Assembly: GCA_964016885.1 (NCBI GenBank)
Contig: OZ024740.1
Coordinates: 412,300,001-412,364,000 of the forward strand
DNA: 64,000 nt
Direction: 5' to 3'
From: Eledone cirrhosa
Taxonomy: Eukaryota
The position numbers were made by a program, and so were the translations under genes. Below are positions 62,331-64,000 of this stretch, one piece after another. Each line of letters opens with the position of its first letter. The first letter of the stretch is position 1. The notes under the pieces are model-generated. The model was not told where the DNA came from and did not search any database. It was given only the letters and a program-made list of their open reading frames with translations.

Positions 62331-63087
62331 TTTATACAATTGCAATCGATAGTTGTTGCAATTCATAGAGCTAGAAATTTGCTATATCGTTCCTGCTCTG
62401 TTGGGGAATAAAGTAGATAACCGTCATGTAAGAAAATACAATGTGAGTCATAGGTAACCGGGCAGTCCGACATTTATATTCCAAGTGATAATATTTACTA
62501 AAATTCTGATAATACTTTACAAAGTTATAAATACATAAAAAAAATATAGTAAAAAATATGCAACTATGGCTGATCACACACAAATAAGTGATCATTCAAA
62601 CGCTATTTGTGAAGTTAGCAATACAAATGTATTGATTGCCTACTTACTTGTGACTCACCCTATTGAAGCCCCACACACAAATTATGTAATAATTTGACTC
62701 TTTAAAACCATTCTTTTACATGAATATTGTATGTTCATTGATTCTGGTAATTCATTATCAAATACATATGTTGACTCTATTTAATGAAATATAAAAAAAG
62801 CATGTATAAATATACATATTTTCATATGTTATCACGATGCGTTCCTTTTGCATAGCAAGAAAATAAATGATATACCAATGGAAATGTCCAGAGCTAAAGA
62901 TATATTCATAAATAAAAATGCAATTTTATATTCAATCTGTTTTAATTAAACAATCTATTCTGCAACGATTTTAATATAACTTGTGTATTTTCTACGGCGG
63001 TAGACTCTTAATTGAGGTATATTTCATTAATATTTTGAACTGAAATAGCGACAACATAGTGTCACCATTTTTGGCTCGCCATAATCT

Positions 63088-63300
63088 AATCTCTATATAT
63101 ATATAAATGTGCATGATTTACGTCCGTCCTTCCGTCACACACTAGAATGACTGAGGAAGGAAGGTGTGATGTTATTACGCACTAGAGATGACTGAGGAAG
63201 GAAGGGGTGATGACATCACGCAGTAGACATGATTGAGGAAGAAGGGGTGATGGTGTAACACACCAGAGATGACTGAGGAAGGAATAGATGATGACAAACA
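63088..63300 (+). repeat. Helitron-like 5' end followed by a ~40-bp minisatellite (~4 units)
   Basis: TCTCTATATATATATAAA...GTCCGTCC, then repeats of agatgactgaggaaggaaggggtgatg. Confidence 0.5.
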
Positions 63301-64000
63301 ATAGAAACAGCGGGTAATATTCATTACACTTGTGTGTATAATCTAGACGCACACACGCACCCACACATACACCTACCCGTCAGCGTGTCGAAAAAATTCC
63401 ATTAAAATAAAAGACACTTATATAGTGTTTCTTATTACTTCTATGATCTCAATTACCACACCGCAATGTATGCTGATGGCATCGTGACTGTTCAACCCGT
63501 TTGACGTTGATCATAAAAGTTCTTAATCGACTGAATTCCTACTTGGGAAAATATCGTTTCAACAACTGATTACTCTACAGAGAATAACAGGAGGCGCTGC
63601 ATGACACCAGGTGACAAAGCTGGATCGCTCCGCAAGTTTAACTTTTGTGTAACATGTACATTTAAAGGAGAGGGGTGGAGAGAGGGAATCTTTTCTCACA
63701 TTCAAATGACACTTCATATATCGACTTCGACAGGATAAAAATGAAAGTAAATTTTGATCTGATTAGAACTCACAATGCTGAGATCGTGGATCAGTAAGGT
63801 TGTGTATTCTACTCCATCCTTTAAATACACTGCCACACTTATCATTAATAATATCGTTGTGAATCTTTTTGGCAAACATGCTCGAGTGTCCATCAAAATA
63901 TTTTGCAATATTTATTTACATACAATTCTTTCCAACTTCAGGTCACACTCATGGAACTTTCAGTTTCATTATTCCGCGATCAATAATGTATGTAGATGTC

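Noticed and set aside
63714-63908. Short - strand ORF as a host exon
   Set aside because: No recognisable homology or convincing splice structure.

Overview
This is AT-rich animal genomic DNA, probably from a cephalopod mollusc; that assignment is inferred from the SINE type, the dense (TA)n/(CA)n microsatellites and the transposon content. No intact host gene can be supported. The window is mostly decayed mobile elements: Penelope-like retroelements (PLEs; RT + GIY-YIG), CR1/L2-type and RTE LINE fragments, an internally deleted Helitron with non-autonomous partners, a Tc1/mariner remnant and two tRNA-derived SINE families. The main signal is invisible in the ORF track: roughly 30 type I hammerhead ribozyme (HHR) motifs from about ten unrelated repeat families. 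The strongest case is a non-coding array of eight ~500-bp units at 51118-55289. Each unit has a minimal HHR with an intact core (CUGAUGA...GAAACUAGUA) and an internal variable-length (TA)n tract. A diverged sister subfamily occurs as dimers at 30960-31890 (+) and 46580-47360 (-), with a pairing-preserving double change in stem I. This architecture matches a non-autonomous, PLE-dependent retrozyme that could produce circular RNA. Other families carry U3:A8 compensated cores or long stem II insertions, and many sit in fold-back inverted repeats embedded in (TA)n. Coordinates were read by eye and repeat boundaries are approximate.
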